From the NCBI GenBank assembly GCA_051362555.1, contig CM120648.1, positions 16,674,587-16,738,586 on the forward strand: a DNA stretch of 64,000 nt, written 5' to 3'. Of the stretch, positions 62,430-64,000 are shown piece by piece (the stretch's first letter is position 1; each line of letters starts with the position of its first letter). The stretch is from Lingula anatina. Its lineage: Eukaryota > Animalia > Brachiopoda. A model generated the notes under the pieces. It was not told where the DNA came from and ran no database searches. It worked only from the letters and a program-made list of their open reading frames with translations. Position numbers and translations under genes: made by a program.

Positions 62430-64000
62430 ACTCAAAAAGAGTCATCCAACGTAGAGATATCTCGAAACTTGATCCAGTAATCCTAAATGATGCGTTTAAA
62501 CATGTTTTTGAGGATGCAGAACAGACCACAGATCCAAGTACCTTAGTAGATCTGTATAATACGTCTATATCTAAGATCATGGAAGATATTGCACCAATGC
62601 AGACCAGAGTCAAGTTGGTGAAACAGAGGGCTGAATGGTTTACATCTGAACTCAGCGAAGAAAGGAAAAAGATCAGGAAGCTTGAACGTCAGTGGTGCAA
62701 CTCAAAATTGGAAATACACCGGGAATTATTCAAAACTGCCAGAGCTAACTATCACACCCTCCTTGAAAAGCAAAAAACTGTATACCATCGGACCTGTATT
62801 GAAGGTGCTGATCAAAGGGAACTCTTTAGGATTGTGGACAAGATTTCAGAATCTAAGTCAAGCCAGCTAAGTGTGCTTCCTGACATGGAAATGTCAACAC
62901 TTCCTCAAGTTTTTGCAGATTTCTTCACAAACCGGATCAAGGATATTCGTAAGGACTTAACTCAAAATGCTACCACAGGATCCTCAGAATCAGATCCATT
63001 ACCAAGTGAACTTCAAGACAGGTGTGCCAGTCAGGGTGGTGGGGCCCAACTGAGCAATTTCCTACCGGTCTCAGAGAAGGATATTATCTCTGTTATAAAG
63101 GGGATGAATTCTAAGTTTTGTGCTCTGGATCCCATGCCAACATATATAGTGAAAGAGTGTATTAGTGTGTTATCTCCAGTTCTCTTGAGATTAGTAAATC
63201 TGTCTTTCTCAACAGGTATCTTTCCATCAAACTGCAAAACTGCAATTGTTAGACCATTACTTAAAAAGCAAGGGCTGTGTAAAAATGTCCTGAAAAACTA
63301 TAGACCAATATCAAATCTACCCTTTTTAGGCAAATTTCTTGAAAAAATGGCATGTTCCCAACTAAGCAGCTATCTATCTGAAAATAAACTCTTTGGGAAA
63401 TTCCAGTCTGCCTATAGAGAAGGCCACAGCACTGAGACAGCTCTACTTCGAGTCCACAACGACATAATGCTTGCCCTGGATAAACAAAGAGATGTCATTT
63501 TAGTTCTTCTAGACCTTCCAGTGGCTTTCGATACCATAGATCATAATATTCTTCTTCACAGGATGCAGCATCGTTTTAGAGTGAATGGACTTGCACTTAG
63601 TTGGTTTACCTCTTACCTGAAAAACAGAACACAAAGGGTTTCAATAGAGTCGGTTTTATCTCAGCCAGTTAACTTGGAGTACGGTGTCCCACAAGGGTCT
63701 GTGTTAGGTCCGATCCTATTCTCATTATACATGTTACCTGTAGAAGATATCATACTAAAGCATGGTCTGAACACTGTTATTTTTGCAGATGACACACAAG
63801 TATATATTACATGCAAGAGCAGCCAGTCTGCAACAATCACTTCTATGGAGACTTGTCTTGCAGAGATTCGAGAATGGATGAAAGTGAACATGTTGGCTTT
63901 AAATGATAGTAAGACTGAGTTGATATGGTTTACATCAAGGTTCAAGGCAAATAGAAAAAATGTAGCAAATGCCAACATTTGCATAGGAGATGTTCTTATA
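62430..64000 (+). mobile_element. 5'-truncated L2/CR1-group LINE ORF2 (reverse transcriptase), running off the window
   Basis: KNYRPISNLPFLGKFLEK, FQSAYREGHSTETALLRVHND, LLDLPVAFDTIDH, YGVPQGSVLGPILF, FADDTQVY; no stop seen in the parts read. Confidence 0.92.

Overview
AT-rich, intron-containing animal genomic DNA (probably a lophotrochozoan or other marine invertebrate; this is inferred from repeat types and gene style). It is not prokaryotic and has no CRISPR array or RNA genes. The left ~36 kb is mostly decayed transposons: two Gypsy pol remnants whose integrases end in a PHD finger, a TIR element, an ISL2EU-type SWIM-YqaJ-PHD pseudogene, LINE, hAT and Tc1 fragments, a BEN-domain ORF, satellites and an internally deleted LTR element. 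The right ~28 kb holds one apparently intact minus-strand gene, assembled by hand into 13 GT-AG exons with consistent phases (61224 to 36210, ~1,400 codons, 5' end not identified). It encodes Roc GTPase-COR-ZU5-UPA-death-like domain-CARD, i.e. a ROCO GTPase fused to a PIDD/UNC5-like module and a CARD, and is the main candidate for an undescribed signalling system. Its introns carry nested Helentron/HINE-like elements with 146-bp arrays rich in nuclear-receptor sites, a young full-length CsRn1-clade Gypsy and a Harbinger MITE; an L2-type LINE lies upstream of the first confident exon. All domain calls come from motif recognition by eye, not database searches.
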